64,000 nucleotides of DNA. Origin: Cystobasidiomycetes sp. EMM_F5 (lineage: Eukaryota). Position numbers and translations under genes: made by a program. The notes under the pieces are model-generated. The model searched no databases. It was not told the origin of the DNA and saw only the letters and a program-made list of their open reading frames with translations. Within the stretch, counting starts at the first letter, position 1; each line of letters begins with the position of its first letter. The stretch is taken from contig JBPGPT010000033.1 in assembly GCA_051047955.1 (NCBI GenBank), forward strand, positions 62,001-126,000, written 5' to 3'. Shown in pieces: positions 62,935-64,000 of this stretch.

Positions 62935-64000
62935 CTAAGCTCCAGTAATAAAGTTGGCGCCCTGCCATACGAAGTGCGATTAGTCACCTTTCTACGCTGG
63001 CACTATGCCATAGATGCCATACCTTGGTGATGTTGCCCTTGAGCTCGCCAACGCATGCCGATAGCAGCTTTTTCTCGTAGTCAGTCAAGCTGCCGAGCGA
63101 GTGGACATCCTTGACACCGTCTGGGCCAAGCTCGACTGGCAGCGAGAAGAAGTCGATGCCCTCTGCTTCTTTGCCAACAAGACCTTCGAGTGCCTTTGGT
63201 GCGTTCGGCGACGCCGAGAGGTGTATGTCTACGAAAGTGGACAGATAAGTACTGGTGAGCCTACTGCCCATCGTAGCATAGTATGTACTCACATGTATCC
63301 TCGATCAAGCCAGACTTGCCGTTGAATTTGGCTTGTAGCAGCGCCTCAGCGAAGCGGAAACCGGCGTAAGCCATCGACAGCTACAAGCGCCAATTGATGT
63401 AAGTCCCAGTACTAAGCCAGTGCAGAACAGCGAGCATGAGCTCACAGTAGCGGAACCTGCGCCGTCCTTGGCCTTGACGACTTCATCACCTCCGAATTGG
63501 ATCCGGTTGACAAGCTTCTCCAGCTCCTCTTGGTTGTCCAGCAGCTTGCTGTCTACGCTTGGCTTGGCCTGCGAGAGGAGCGGGACGATGGTGGTACCAG
63601 AGTGACCTCCGACAACCGGCACAGCATACTTTGGTGCCTCCGTTGGGATGCCGAGAGAAGCGGTTACAAATGTGCTTGCACGGACAATGTCGAGCGTTGT
63701 GACTCCGAAGAGTCTGGGTTGACGTCAGTCAGCGGGACTTTGTAACACCCGTACATGGCCATTTTGCCTACTTTTTAGGGTCAAAGACGTTAGCCTTCTT
63801 CAAGACTTCCGCAACAATGGGCACGGTCGAGTTGACTGGGTTGGAGATGACGCAAATGAAAGCCTTCGGGCAGTTCTCCGCAATGGCAGTAGCGAGATCG
63901 CGAACAATGCCGGCATTGATCTGCCGGTAAGCGACGTAACTCAGCAGTGTCGACGTTTAGAGTAGCGTTGGTATACCTTGAATAGATCATCACGAGTCAT
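62935..64000 (-). CDS. MDH: NAD-dependent malate dehydrogenase (3' part; 5' end lies outside the window)
   Basis: [68 protein letters not shown]. Confidence 0.97.

Overview
Eukaryotic (fungal) genomic DNA, very gene-dense: about 30 spliced protein-coding genes with many short (about 45-65 nt) introns and micro-exons, and tiny intergenic gaps. The protein styles and intron pattern suggest a compact basidiomycete genome, possibly Pucciniomycotina such as Mixia; this is inference only. Most genes are housekeeping: GAPDH, OPI3, METTL16, VPS36, mt-IF3, ALKBH6-like, BCP1, DUS4-like, PCT1, CDC24, Munc13-like, LHS1, TFB4 and MDH. CDS spans include introns that I spliced by eye, and all family calls come from motif recognition, not database searches. 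Highlights: (1) an SRP (7SL) RNA gene at 3394-3746(-) with a reduced Alu domain; (2) an SRF/Mcm1 MADS-box factor fused to a C-terminal domain resembling an uncharacterised bacterial protein family; (3) an Rrn5-like protein carrying extra divergent forkhead, KilA-N/APSES-like and C2H2 modules; (4) a cryptic PTS1-like extension (-KGRL) behind the MDH stop codon; (5) an in-frame TGA inside an SPFH/band-7 gene; (6) a tandem pair of divergent mitochondrial-carrier-like genes; (7) at least six apparent GC-AG introns; (8) two small secreted proteins hidden by introns. I saw no transposons, rRNA, tRNA or CRISPR arrays.
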